From the human T2T-CHM13v2.0 reference genome, Homo sapiens, in NCBI RefSeq assembly GCF_009914755.1, contig NC_060948.1: a DNA stretch of 64,000 bases. The stretch is one strand, 5' to 3'. The translations under genes and the position numbers were made by a program. The notes under the pieces were generated by a model, which saw only the letters and a list, made by a program, of their open reading frames with translations, made no database searches and was not told the DNA's origin. Below, one piece after another: positions 1 to 19,271 of this stretch. Position 1 is the first letter of the stretch. Every line of letters begins with the position of its first letter.

Positions 1-15
1 AGGCATAGCACATAA

Positions 16-330
<315 letters not shown>

Positions 331-900
331 AGATCCATATTTTTTAAATGAAAAAAAATTTCAAAGGTACTCTGCTTGGTACAATAATCAAATGTATAAA
401 CTGAGGAATAAAACATAACCTTGAAACCTACTTATAACTGCATATGGAAAATACAGAGGATAATTTTTTAAATAACATATTTTGAAAGCCTTAACTAGTA
501 ATTTGAAGAGTTGGCATTTGAAAGGCCAGTATGAATATACCTTCAAAGCAGCAACACAGGTTCCCCATGAGAAAAAGCAAACTCAGGGAAAATAAAACCA
601 CAAAGGTTCAATCTCTTCTGACCTTTGAAAGACACAGCACAGACAGTGGTCCTTAGGACGAAGAGCAGGAGACCCCTAATTCCGTCACCATGGCGATAGG
701 GCATAAACATTGCTGGGTGAGGGCACAATCCACATTGTGAGGTCCAACTGCTGCCAGGAAGACAGGAGTGCTTTTACATAGACCGAAAGGTCATTGAAGG
801 CTCAGAGTTTTGTTTCAAGAACTGAATCCCAAGCCCACACGTTATTAGGCTGCGCTTCTTCAAACAAGTTATGAGATGGGAAAAAGGGCACCCACAAACA
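331..900. repeat. HSATI-type mixed-sequence subunit of DYZ2, copy 1
   Basis: A ~570-bp segment of normal complexity between the Alu and the AT-rich block, repeated at ~2750, ~5166, ~8870 and ~11260. The name comes from the known DYZ2 architecture, not from an alignment. Confidence 0.75.
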
Positions 901-2749
<1,849 letters not shown>

Positions 2750-4850
2750 AGATCCATATTTTTTAAATGAAAAAAAATTCAAAGGTACTCTGCTTGGTAC
2801 AATAATCAAATGTATAAACTGAGGAATAAAACATAACCATGATACCTACTTATAACTGCATATGGAAAATACAGAGGATAATTTTTTAAATAACATATTT
2901 TGAAAGCCTTAACTAGTAATTTGAAGAGTTGGCATTTGAAAGGCCAGTATGAATATACCTTCAAAGCAGCAACACAGGTTCCCCATGAGAAAAAGCAAAC
3001 TCAGGGAAAATAAAACCACAAAGGTTCAATCTCTTCTGACCTTTGAAAGACACAGCACAGACAGTGGTCCTTAGGACGAAGAGCAGGAGACCCCTAATTC
3101 CGTCACCATGGCGATAGGGCATAAACATTGCTGGGTGAGGGCACAATCCACATTGTGAGGTCCAACTGCTGCCAGGAAGACAGGAGTGCTTTTACATAGA
3201 CCGAAAGGTCATTGAAGGCTCAGAGTTTTGTTTCAAGAACTGAATCCCAAGCCCACACGTTATTAGGCTGCGCTTCTTAAAACAAGTTATGAGATGGGAA
3301 AAAGGGCACCCACAAACATACGTATACATTATGTATAAAATAATATACAGTATCATATTTATAATATATATAACCTATGTATAATATTGTTTTACATCCT
3401 GCATCTTATATTATATATAGTATAAAATATAATAATTGATAATATATAAGTTTTATTTTCTACAATATGACATATAGTATATATTATAATTTATGACATA
3501 TATAATATATGTTATATATCATATATAGAATATATTATACGGTTAATATACATATTAAATAAAAATTATACATTATATATATTATACATAATATATCTGT
3601 TATATATAATACCAATTATGTATAATATATATATTATGTCTATGTTATATATAGTATAAAACAACATATAATAATATATAATTGTATATATAAAATGCGA
3701 AATATAAGATATATCATATTTTATTACATAGGTAATATATATTATATATTATATATAATACGTTGTATGTATAATACCTATATTAAATATATATTATATG
3801 TCTATGTTATTAATTTCATGTCACATATGTTATATATTATATATGTTACATAGAATATACCGGTTACATACAATATATACTATGTTACCTATAATGTATA
3901 ATTGATTACATGTAAAATAAAGAATGCAATATATTATGTATAATTTATAATATACAATATGTGGAATGTGATATATATAACATATAATATATGATATATG
4001 ATATACAGTATATGATATATATCATACAATATATGATACCTAATATATATGGTATACAATATATATTTTATGATATGTATTCTCTATGTTTTATATTCTG
4101 TTATATATAACTATTTGAAATTATATATAACTGTATAATATTTTATGTAAATATGTAATATAATATATATAACTATATAATATATTATATATAACTATAT
4201 ATTATGTTATATATACTTTTATAACATAATTTACATAAAATATCATAATATAATATATATTATATTATTTCATATTACATAATATATATTACATATCACC
4301 CAATATAAGTAACATACACAATATTATAATATAGATTATATTATGTTATATTAAATATCATATATATCATGTATCATATATTCTATAATATCTATTATAC
4401 ATTATATAATATGTATGTTGTCCATTATGTGATATATATAACTATATATATAATTATATTATTATACATATAACTAGATAAACATGTAATTCTACATATT
4501 TTCATTTATAATATATTGAATTATATAATCATATATAATTATTTATATTCTATAAAAAATTATATCATTTTATAAATTATAATATATAAAAATTATAATA
4601 TGTACTACAAATATATATATTATATATCATATATGATATAGTACCTTTGTTATATATCATAATACATATAAATGTGTATTATGTCATCTATAATTATATA
4701 ATTTCATATATAAGATGTATAATATGTATTATATATTATATATGTTATGTAATATATATAGTATATATAAGATGACACAGGATAAATATTATATACTATG
4801 ACATATAAAATATATGAGGTTATATGTTACATATAAGGCATAGCACATAA

Positions 4851-5165
<315 letters not shown>

Positions 5166-6993
5166 AGATCCATATTTTTTAAATGAAAAAAATTTCAAGG
5201 GTACTCTGCTTGGTACAATAATCAAATGTATAAACTGAGGAATAAAACATAACCATGAAACCTACTTATAACTGCATATGGAAAATACAGAGGATAATTT
5301 TTTAAATAACATATTTTGAAAGCCTTAACTTGTAATTTGAAGACTTGGCATTTGAAAGGCCAGTATGAATATACCTTCAAAGCAGCAACACAGGTTCCCC
5401 ATGAGAAAAAGCAAACTCAGGGAAAATAAAACCACAAAGGTTCAATCTCTTCTGACCTTTGAAAGACACAGCACAGACAGTGGTCCTTAGAACGAAGAGC
5501 AGGAGACCCCTAATTCCGTCACCATGGCGATAGGGCATAAACATTGCTGGGTGAGGGCACAATCCACATTGTGAGGTCCAACTGCTGCCAGGAAGACAGG
5601 AGTGCTTTTACATAGACCGAAAGGTCATTGAAGGCTCAGAGCTTTGTTTCAAGAACTGAATCCCAAGCCCACACGTTATTAGGCTGCGCTTCTTAAAACA
5701 AGTTATGAGATGGGAAAAAGGGCACCCACAAACATACGTATACATTATGTATATAATAATATACAGTATCATATATATAATATATATAACCTATGTATAA
5801 TATTGTTTTACATCCTGCATCTTATATTATATATATTGTATAAAATATAATAATTGATAATATATAAGTTTTATATTTATACAATATGACATATAGTATA
5901 TATTATAATTTATGACATATATAATATATGTTATATATCATATATAGAATACATTATACGGTTAATATACGTATTAAATATAAATTATACATTATATATA
6001 TTATATATAACATATCTGTTATATATAATACCCATTATGCATAATATATATATTATGTCTATGTTATATATAGTATAAAACAACATATAATAATATATAA
6101 TTGTATATATAAAATGCGACATATCATATATATTATATTTTATGACATATGTAATATATATTATATATTATATATAATACGTTGTATGTATAATTCCTAT
6201 ATTAAATATATATTATATGACTATGTTATTAATTACATGTCACATATGTTATATATTATATATTTTACATAGAATATACCGGTTACATACAATATATACT
6301 ATGTTACCTATAATGTATAATTGATTACATGTAAAATAAAGAATGCAATATATTATGTATAATTTATAATATACAATATGTGGAATGTGATATATATAAC
6401 ATATAATATATGATATATGATATACAGTATGTGATATATATCATACAATATATGATACGTAATATATATGGTATACAATATATATTTTATGATATGTATT
6501 CTATATGTTTTATATTCTGTTAAATATAACTATTTGAAATTATATATAACTGTATAATATTTTATATAAATATGTAATATAATATATAACTATATAATAT
6601 ATTATATATAACTATATTTTATGTTATATATACTTTTATAACATAATTTACATAAAATATAATAATATAAAATATATTATATTATTTCACATTACATAAT
6701 ATATATTCAATATCACCCAATATAAGTAACATACATACTATTAAAATATAGATTATATTATGTTATATTAAATATCATATATATCATGTATCATATATTC
6801 TATAATATATATTATGCATTATATAATATGCATGTTGTCTATTATGTGATATATATAACTATATATATAATTGTATATTATACATATAACTATATAAACA
6901 TGTAATTCTATATATTTTCATTTATAATATATAGAATTATATAATCATAATTATTTATATTCTATAAAAAATTATATCATTATATAAATTATA

Positions 6994-8539
6994 ATGAGAT
7001 GGGAAATAGGGCACCCACAAACATATGTATACATTATGTATATAATAATATACAGTATCATATATATAACATATATAACCTATGTATAATATTGTTTTAC
7101 ATCCTGCATCTTATATTATATATATTGTATATAATATAATAATTGATAATATATAAGTTTTATATTTATACAATATGACATATAATATATATTATATTTT
7201 ATAACATATTTAATATATATTATATATCATATATAATATATTATATGGTTAATATACGTATTAAATATTAAATATATATTATAAGTATTATATATAGTAT
7301 ACCTAAGTTATATATAATATACCTTATATATAATATATGTATTATGTCTATGTTATATATAGTATAAAACAACATATAATAATATATAATTTTATATATA
7401 AAATATGACATATAATATATATTATATATTATGACCTGTATAATTTATATTATATATTATATACAATACGTTGTATGTATAATATATATATTAAATATAT
7501 ATTATATGACTATGTTATTAATTATATGTCATATATGTTATATATTATATATTTTACATAGAATATGCTGGTTATATATAATATATACTATGTTACCTAT
7601 AATGTATAATTTATTACATATAATATAATGTATGTCATATATTATATATAATATATAATATACAATATGTGGAATATGATATATATAACATATAATATAT
7701 GATATATGATATACAATATATGATATATAATATACAATATATGATACATTATATATATGGTATACAATATATATTTTATGATATGTATTATATATGTTTA
7801 TATTATGTTATATATAAGTATGTGAAATAATATATAACTGTATAATATTTTATGTAAATATGTAATATAATATATATAGCTATGAAATATATTATATATA
7901 ACTATAAATTATGTCTTATATAGTTTTATTACACTTTACATAAAATATCATAATATAATGCATATTATATTATTTTATATTACATAATATATATTATATA
8001 TCACATAATATAAGTTACATACATAATATTAAAATATAGATTATATTATGATATATTAAATATCATGTATATCATGTATCATATATTGTATAATATATAT
8101 TATACATTTTATATTATATATGTTGTCTATTATGTGATATATATAATTATATATATAATTACATTATTATACATATAACTACATAAAGATGTAATTCCAT
8201 ATGTTTTCATTTACAGTATATATAATTATATAATCATATATATATATTTATATTCTAGAAAAAATTATATCATTATATAAATAATAATATATAAAAATTA
8301 TACTATGTACTAAAATATATATATTATATATCATATATGATATAGTATATTTGTTATATATCATATTACATATAACTATATATTATGTTATCTATAATAA
8401 TATATTTTCATATATAAGATGTATAATATGTATTATATATTATAAATGTTATGTAATATATATAGTATACATAAGATGACACAGGATAAATATTATATAC
8501 TATGACATATAAAATATATGAGGTTATATGTTACATATA
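6994..8539. repeat. Partial DYZ2 unit lacking the Alu and almost all of the HSATI-type segment
   Basis: AT-rich sequence jumps directly to atgagatgggaaatagggcacccacaa (the last ~30 bp of the HSATI-type segment) and then a complete AT-rich block. Landmark spacing 4836 to 8540 is 3704 bp, against ~4835 bp expected for two units. Confidence 0.9.
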
Positions 8540-8554
8540 AGGCATAGCACATAA

Positions 8555-8869
<315 letters not shown>

Positions 8870-10929
8870 AGATCCATATTTTTTAAATGAAAAAAAATTT
8901 CAAAGGTACTCTGCTTGGTACAGTAATCAAATCTATAAACTGAGGAATAAAACATAACTGTGAAACATACTTATAACTGCATATGGAAAATACAGAGTAT
9001 AATTTTTTAAAATAACATATTTTGAAAGCCTTAACTAGTAATTTGAAGAGTTTGCATTTGAAAGGCCAGTATGAATATACCTTCAAAGTAGCAACACAGG
9101 TTCCAAGTGAGAACAATCAAACTCAGGGAAAATAAAACCACAAATGTTCACTCTGTTCCGACCTTTGAAAAACACAGCACAGACAGTGGCACTTAGGACC
9201 AAGAGCAGGAGATCCCTAATCCCGTCACCATGGCGATAGGGCATAAACATTGCGGGGTGAGGGCACAATCCACATTGTGAGGTCCAATTGCTGCCAGGAA
9301 GACAGGAGTGCTTTTACATAGACCGAAAGGTAATTGAAGGCTCAGTGTTTTGTTTCAAAACCTGAATCCCAAGCCCACACGTTATTATGCTGCGCTTCTT
9401 AAAACAAGTTATGAGAAGGGAAATAGGGCACCCACAAACATACGTATATATTATGTATATAATAATATACAGTATCATATATATAATATATGTAACCTAT
9501 GTATAATATTGTTTTACATCCTGCATCTTATATTATATATATTATATGTAATATAATAATTGATAATATATAAGTTTATATTTATACAATATGACATATA
9601 ATATATATTATATTTTATGACATATATAATATAGATTATATATCATATATAGAATATACTATACGATTAATATACATATTAAATATATAATATACATTAT
9701 ATATATTATATCTACGTTATATATAACATTAACTATAGATAATATATATATTATATCTAGCTTATATATAATATAAAATAACAGATAATAATATATAATT
9801 GTATATATATAATATGACATATAATATATATTATATTTTATGACATATATATCATATATATTATATATTATATATAATACGTTGTATATATAATACATAT
9901 ATTATATATATATTATAAGTCTAAATTATTAATTATATGTAATATATGTTATATATTACATATTTTACATTTAATACACATGTTACATACAATATATACT
10001 ATGTTACATGTAACCTAGAATTTATTATATATAATATAATGTATGTCATATATTATATATACTTTATAGTATACAATATGTGGAATGTGATATATATAAC
10101 ATGTAATATATGATATATGATATACGATATATGATATATAATATGCAATATATGATACATTATATATATGGTATACAATATATATTTTATGATATATATT
10201 ATATATGTTTTATATTATATTATACATAACTATTTAATTATATATAACTCTATAATATTGTAGGTAAATATATAATATAATATATATAACCATATATTAT
10301 GTCATTTATAATTTTATTACGTACATTCAATAATATATCATAATATAATATATATTATATTATATTATTTTATATTACATAATATATATTATATATCACA
10401 TAGTATGTGTTACATACATAATATTTAAATATATATTATATTATGATATATTAAATATTATATATATTATGTATGCTATAGTGTATAATATATATTATAT
10501 ATTATATAATATGCAGGGTGTCTATTATATGATATATATTATTATATATATAATTATATTATACATATAAAGATATAAATATGTAATTATATTTATCATT
10601 ATTTATATTACATATAGTTATATAATCATATATAATAATTTATATTATAAAAATAATTATATCATAATATAAATTATAGTATATATAAATTATAATATGT
10701 GATAAATAATATATATTATATATCATATATGATATAGTGTATATGTTATATATCATATTATATATCAATTTACGTTATGATATCTATAATTATATATTTT
10801 CATATATAAGATGTATAATATGAATTATATATTATATATGTTATTAAATATATACTTTATATAAAATGACACAGGATAAATGTTATATATTATGACATAT
10901 GATATATATGCGGTTATATATTATATATG

Positions 10930-12731
<1,802 letters not shown>

Positions 12732-12732
<1 letters not shown>

Positions 12733-15509
12733 TGGACTCCTTTGGAATGGTCTAGTATGCAATGCAATCGACTGGCAGGGAATTAAAAGGAATGTAATCG
12801 AATGGATTGCACTGGAATGCAATGGACTCGAATAGATTGGAAACAGAATGCAAAGGAATGGAATGGAATAGTATGGAATGGAATGGAAAGGAATGGAGTG
12901 GAATAGACTAGAGTAGAATGGAATTTACTCGAAAGCAATGGACTGGAATAGAACTTTCTTGAATGGGCTGGAATGAAACGGAATGGAATGCTGTGCAATC
13001 AAATAGAATGAAAGAGAATCAAATCCAATCGAATGGATTGGAAAGGAATTGACTGAAATGGAATGGACTAGAATGGAAGGCAAAGGAATGGAATCTATAG
13101 GAATGGACTGTAATGGAACGGAATGGAAGGGATTGGAATGGAATCGAATGGAATGGACTGCAATAGAAAGGATTCGAATGGAATGAAAAAGAATTGAATG
13201 GAATAGAACAGAATGGAATCAAATCGAATGAAATGGAATGGAATAGAAAGGATTCGAATGGAATGCAATCGAACGGAATGGAATCGAACGGAATGGAATA
13301 AAATGGAAGAAAACTGGCAAGAAATGGAATCGAAATGAATGGAGTGTTATGGAACGGACTCAAAAGGAATTGAATGTAATAGAATGGAGTGGAGTTGACT
13401 CGAATATAATGGACTGGAATGGAATGAAATCACATGGAATGGGAACGAATGGAATGGAATGGAAAGGAATGGAATCGAATGGAAAGGAATCGAATGGAAG
13501 GGAATGCAATTGAATCAACAGGAATGGAAGGGAATAGAATAGACGGTAATGGAATGGACTCGAATAGAATGGACACGAATGCTCAAATTGAATGGACTCG
13601 AATGGAATGGAAACGAAAGGAATGTCATCGAATGGAATTGAATCGATTGGAATGAAATCGCATAGAATGGAGTGGAATCAAATGGAATTGAATCGAAAGG
13701 AAAGGAAGCGAATGGACTGAAATGAAATGGAATGGAATTGAATGGAAAGTAATGCAATGGAATAGAATGGAACGAAATTTCACGGAATGGAATCAAACTG
13801 AATGGAATCAAATCAATGGAATATAATCAAATGGAATGGAAAGGAATTGAATGGAGTAGATTGGATTGGATGGGATTGGAATGAAATGTACTGGAAAGAA
13901 CTCGAATTTCATGAAACGGAATGGAATGAATTGGAACGGAATGGACTCGAATGGAATGGAATGTCATGGAATGGCATCAAATGGAATGGCATCAAAGGAA
14001 TGGAATCGAATGCAATGGAATGCTATGGAATGGAATGGAATGCATTGGAATGGAATGTCCTCTAATGGAATGGATTCGAGTGGAATGGAATCGAATATAA
14101 TGGAGTTGAATGAAATGGAATTGAAAGGAATGGGACCGAATACAATGGAATATACTGGAATGTAATGTAATGAACTCGAATGTAATTGACTGGAATGGAA
14201 TGTGCATGAATGGAATGTAATCGAATGGAAAGTAATCCAATGGAATAGAATCTAATGCAATAAAATCGACTCAAATAGAATAGAATGTAATGGAATGGAG
14301 TGCAGTGCAATGGAATGGAATGGAATGGAATGCAGTGGAATGGAATGGAATGGAATGCAATGGAATGGAATGTATTAGAATGTAATGAACATTAATGGAA
14401 TGTACTCGAATGGATTCGACTGGAATGGAATGTTCTGGAAGTTTATGGACTCCAATGGAATGGATTCGAAAGGAATGGAATCGAACGGAATGGAATCTAA
14501 TGGAATGGAATTAAATGGAAATGAATCAAATTGAATAGCACGGAATTGAATTGAATGGAATCGAATGCAATGGAATCTAATGAAACAGAAAGGAAAGCAA
14601 TGGAATGGAATGGAATGGGCTGGAATGGAATGGAATCGAAACGAATGGAATGGAATCGAACTAAAGAGACTGGAATGGAATGCACTGGAATGGAAGGGAG
14701 TGTAATGGAAGGTTCTCGAAAAAAATGGAATCGAATGGAATGGAATTGAATGGAACGGAATAGAGTCGAATGGAATTGAATGGAATGGAATGGACTAGAG
14801 TGAAATGGAATCGAAACACAAGGAATGGACAGGAATAGAATGGTCTCGAATTGAATGGAAACTTATGGAATGGCATCAAACGGAATGGAATGGACAGCCA
14901 CGGAATGGAATGCACTCGAATGCAATGGAGTCGAAACTAATGGACTGGAATAGAATGGACTCGACTGGTACGGACTCCAATGGAATGGAATCGAATGGAA
15001 GGGAATCGAACAGAATGGACTCGAAGGGAAAAGACTGCAATGGAAAGGTCTCGAATGGAATGGAAATTAATGGAATGGAATGGAATCGAATGAAATGGAG
15101 TCAAAAGGAATGGAATCGAATGGCAAGAAATCGAATGTAATGGAATCGCAAGGAATTGATGTGAACGGAACGGAATGGAATGGAATCCAAAGGAATGGAA
15201 TAGAATGGAATGGAATCGAATGGAAAGGACTCGAATGGAAATCACTCGAATAGAATGCAATTTAATAAAATACGATCAAATGTAATGGAATGGAATGGAA
15301 AGGAATCGAAACGAAAGGAATGGAGACAGATGGAATGGAATGGAACAGAGAGCAATGGTATAGAATGGAATGGAATCATCTGGAATGGAATTGAATGGAA
15401 TGGAATAACATGAAATGGAATGGAATGGAATGGAATGCCCTTGAATTAAATGGACTGGAATGGAATGGACTCGAACAGAGTGGAATGGAAAGTGTTGAAA
15501 TAGAATGGA
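12732..15509 (+). repeat. First, shortened DYZ1 unit (~2.78 kb)
   Basis: The landmark tagtatgcaatgcaatcgactggcaggg occurs at 12753, 15531 (2778 bp later) and 19060 (3529 bp later). This unit lacks the EcoRI/HaeIII segment. Confidence 0.9.
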
Positions 15510-17970
15510 ATGGACTCGTTTGGAATGGTCTAGTATGCAATGCAATCGACTGGCAGGGAATCAAAAGGAATGTAATCGAATGGATTGGACTGGAATGCAA
15601 TGGACTCGAATAGATTGGAAAAGGAATGCAAAGGAATGGAATGGAATAGTATGGAATGGAATGGAAAGGAATGGAGTGGAATAGACTAGAGTGGAATGGA
15701 ATGGACTCAAAAGCAATGGACTGGAATGGAAGTTTCTTGAATGGACTGGAATCAAACGGAATGGAATGCAATGCAATCAAATGGCATGGAATAAAATAGA
15801 ATGAAAGAGAATCAAACTGAATTGAATCGAATGGAATCGAATGGATTGGAAAGGAATAGAATGGAATGGAATGGAATTGACACAAATGGAATGGACTAGC
15901 ATGGAATGGATTCGAATGGAAGGCAAAGGAATGGAATCTATTGGAATGGACTGTAATGGAATGGAATGGAAGGGATTGGAATGGACTCGAATGGAATGGA
16001 CTGCAATAGAAAGGATTCGAATGGAATGAAAAAGAATTGAATGGAATAAAACAGAATGGAATCAAATCGAATGAAATGGAATGGAATAGAAAGGAATGGA
16101 ATGAAATGGAATGGAAAGGATTCGAATGGAATGCAATCGAATGGAATGGAATCGAACGGAATGGAATAAAATGGAAGAAAACTGGCAAGAAATGGAATCG
16201 AAATGAATGGAGTGTTATGGAACGGACTCAAAAGGAATTGAATGTAATAGAATGGAGTGGAGTGGACTCGAATATAATGGACTGGAATGGAATGAAATCA
16301 CATGGAATGGGAACGAATGGAATGGAATGGAAAGGAATGGAATCGAATGGAAAGGAATGGAATGGAAGGGAATGAAACTGAATCAACAGGAATGGAAGGG
16401 AGTAGAATAGACGGTAATGGAATGGACTCGAATAGAATGGACACGAATGCACAAATTGAATGGACTCGAATGGAATGGAAACGAAAGGAATGTCATCGAA
16501 TGGAATTGAATCGATTGGAATGAAATCGCATAGAATGGAGTGGAATCAAATGGAATTGAATCGAAAGGAAAGGAAGCGAATGCACTGAAATGGAATGGAA
16601 TGGAATGGAAAGTAATGCAATGGAATAGAATGGAACGAAATTTCACGGAATGGAATCAAACTGAATGGAATCAAATCAATGGAATATAATCAAATGGAAT
16701 GGAAAGGAATTGAATGGAGTAGATGGTATTGGATGGGATTGGAATGAAATGTACTGGAAAGGAATCGAATTTCATGAAACGGAATGGAATGAATTGGAAC
16801 GGAATGGACTCGAATGGAATGGAATGTCATGGAATGGCATCAAATGGAATGGCATCAAAGGGAATGGAATCGAATGCAATGGAATGCTATGGAATGGAAT
16901 GGAATGCATTGGAATGGAATGTCCTCTAATGGAATGGATTCGAGTGGAATGGAATCGAATATAATGGAGTCGAATGAAATGGAATTGAAAGGAATGGGAT
17001 CGAATACAATGGAATATACTGGAATATAACGTAATGAACTCGAATGTAATTGACTGGAATGGAATGTACACGAATGGAATGTAATCGAATGGAAAGTATT
17101 CCAATGGAATAGAATCTAATGCAATAAAATCGACTCAAATGGAATAGAATGCAATGGAATGGAGTGCAGTGCAATGGAATGGAATGGAATGGAATGCAAT
17201 GGAATGGAATGGAATGGAATGGAATGCAATGGGATGGAATGGTATGGAATGGATAGTAATGGACTGGAGTGAAATGGACTGGAAAGGAATGGACTCAAAT
17301 TGAAAGGGTTCGAAAGGAATGGAGTCAAATGGAATGGTCTGGAATGGAATGAACACGAATGTAATGCAATCCAATTGAATGGAATCGAATGGCATGGAAT
17401 ATAAAGAAATGGAATCGAAGAGAATGGAAACAAATGGAATGGAATTGAATGGAATGGAATTGAATGGAATGGGAACGAATGGAGTGAAATTGTATGCAGT
17501 AGAAGAGAATAGAATGGAATGCAAGCGAAAGGAAAGGAATGGATTGGAATGGAATGGAATTCATTGGAATGGAAGGGAATGTAGTGTAATGGACAGGCCT
17601 GGAATAAAGTGGAATGCTACGGTCACGAATGGAATAAAAATGTATGGAATGGAATGCAATGAAACGGAATCGAATGTCAAAGAATGTAATGGAAAACAAA
17701 AAAATGGAATCCAAAATCATTGACTGGAAAGGCTGGGTGTCGAAAGGAATTGACTCCAATGGAATGTAATTGAATGGAATGGAAGTGAATAGAATCGAAC
17801 TAAATCGAATGGAATGGAATTGATAGGAACGGAATGGAAAGGAATGCAATGATTTTGCATGGAATGGAATCGAATGACATCGAATGGAATGGAATGGAGT
17901 GCAATGGAATGGAATGTATTAGAATGTAATGAACATTAATGGAAAGTACTCGAATGGATTCGACTGGAAT

Positions 17971-17985
17971 GGAATGTTCTGGAAG
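17971..17985. promoter_or_regulatory. Perfect three-pentamer heat-shock element motif A (representative copy; one per DYZ1 unit)
   Basis: gGAAtgTTCtgGAAg matches nGAAnnTTCnnGAAn. This is a motif match only; binding cannot be seen from sequence. Confidence 0.55.
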
Positions 17986-18250
17986 TGAATGGACTCCAAT
18001 GGAATGGATTCGAAAGGAATGGAATCGAACGGAATGGAATCTAATGGAATGGAATTAAATGGAAATGAATCAAATTGAATAGCACGGAATTGAATTGAAT
18101 GGAATCGAATGCAATGGAATCTAATGAAACGGAAAGGAAAGGAATGGAATGGAATGGAATGGGCTGGAATGGAATGGAATCAAAACGAATGGAATGGAAT
18201 CGAACTCAAGAGACTGGAATGGAATGCACTGGAATGGAAGGGAGTGTAAT

Positions 18251-18265
18251 GGAAGGTTCTCGAAA
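18251..18265. promoter_or_regulatory. Perfect three-pentamer heat-shock element motif B (representative copy; one per DYZ1 unit)
   Basis: gGAAggTTCtcGAAa matches nGAAnnTTCnnGAAn. Confidence 0.55.
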
Positions 18266-19256
18266 AAAATGGAATCGAATGGAATGGAATTGAATGGAAC
18301 GGAATAGAGTCGAATGGAATTGAATGGAATGGAATGGACTAGAGTGAAATGGAATCGAACCACAAGGAATGGACAGGAATAGAATGGTCTCGAATTGAAT
18401 GGAATCGTATGGAATGGCATCAAACGGAATGGAATGGACAGCCACGGAATGGAATGCACTCGAATGCAATGGAGTCGAAACTAATGGACTGGAATAGAAT
18501 GGACTCGACTGGTACGGACTCCAATGGAATGGAATCGAATGGAAGGGAATCGAACGGAATGGACTCGAAGGGAAAAGACTGCAATGGAAAGGTCTCGAAT
18601 GGAATGGAAATTAATGGAATGGAATGGAATCGAATGAAATGGAGTCAAAAGGAATGGAATCGAATGGCAAGAAATCGAATGTAATGGAATCGCAAGGAAT
18701 TGATGTGAACGGAACGGAATGGAATGGAATCCAAAGGAATGGAATCGAATGGAAAGGACTCGAATGGAAACCACTCGAATAGAATGCAATTTAATAAAAT
18801 AGGATCAAATGTAATGGAATGGAATGGAAAGGAATCGAAACGAAAGGAATGGAGACAGATGGAATGGAATGGAACAGAGAGCAATGGTATAGAATGGAAT
18901 GGAATCATCTGGAATGGAATTGAATGGAATGGAATAATATGAAATGGAATGGAATGGAATGGAATGCCCTTGAATTAAATGGACTGGAATGGAATGGACT
19001 CGAACAGAGTGGAATGGAAAGTGTTGAAATAGAATGGAATGAACTCCTTTGGAATGGTGTAGTATGCAATGCAATCGACTGGCAGGGAATCAAAAGGAAT
19101 GTAATCGAATGGATTGGACTGGAATGCAATGGACTCGAATAGATTGGAAACGGAATGCAAAGGAATGGAATGGAATAGTATGGAATGGAATGGAAAGGAA
19201 TGGAGTGGAATAGACTAGAGTGGAATGGAATGGACTGGAAAGCAATGGACTGGAAT

Positions 19257-19271
19257 GGAACTTTCTTGAAT
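19257..19271. promoter_or_regulatory. Perfect three-pentamer heat-shock element motif C (representative copy; present in most DYZ1 units)
   Basis: gGAActTTCttGAAt matches nGAAnnTTCnnGAAn. It is degraded near 27350 and in the last three units. Confidence 0.5.

Noticed and set aside
543-728. 61-aa minus-strand ORF repeated in each DYZ2 unit (also at 2961, 5377, 9083, 11472)
   Set aside because: It starts at TTG, is short and has no recognisable domain. Its recurrence simply reflects the tandem repeat.
13903-13916. gaatttcatgaa as a fourth heat-shock element (and gaaatttcacgga at ~13774)
   Set aside because: The first has a one-base GAA-TTC spacer and the second lacks the third GAA, so neither is a perfect element.
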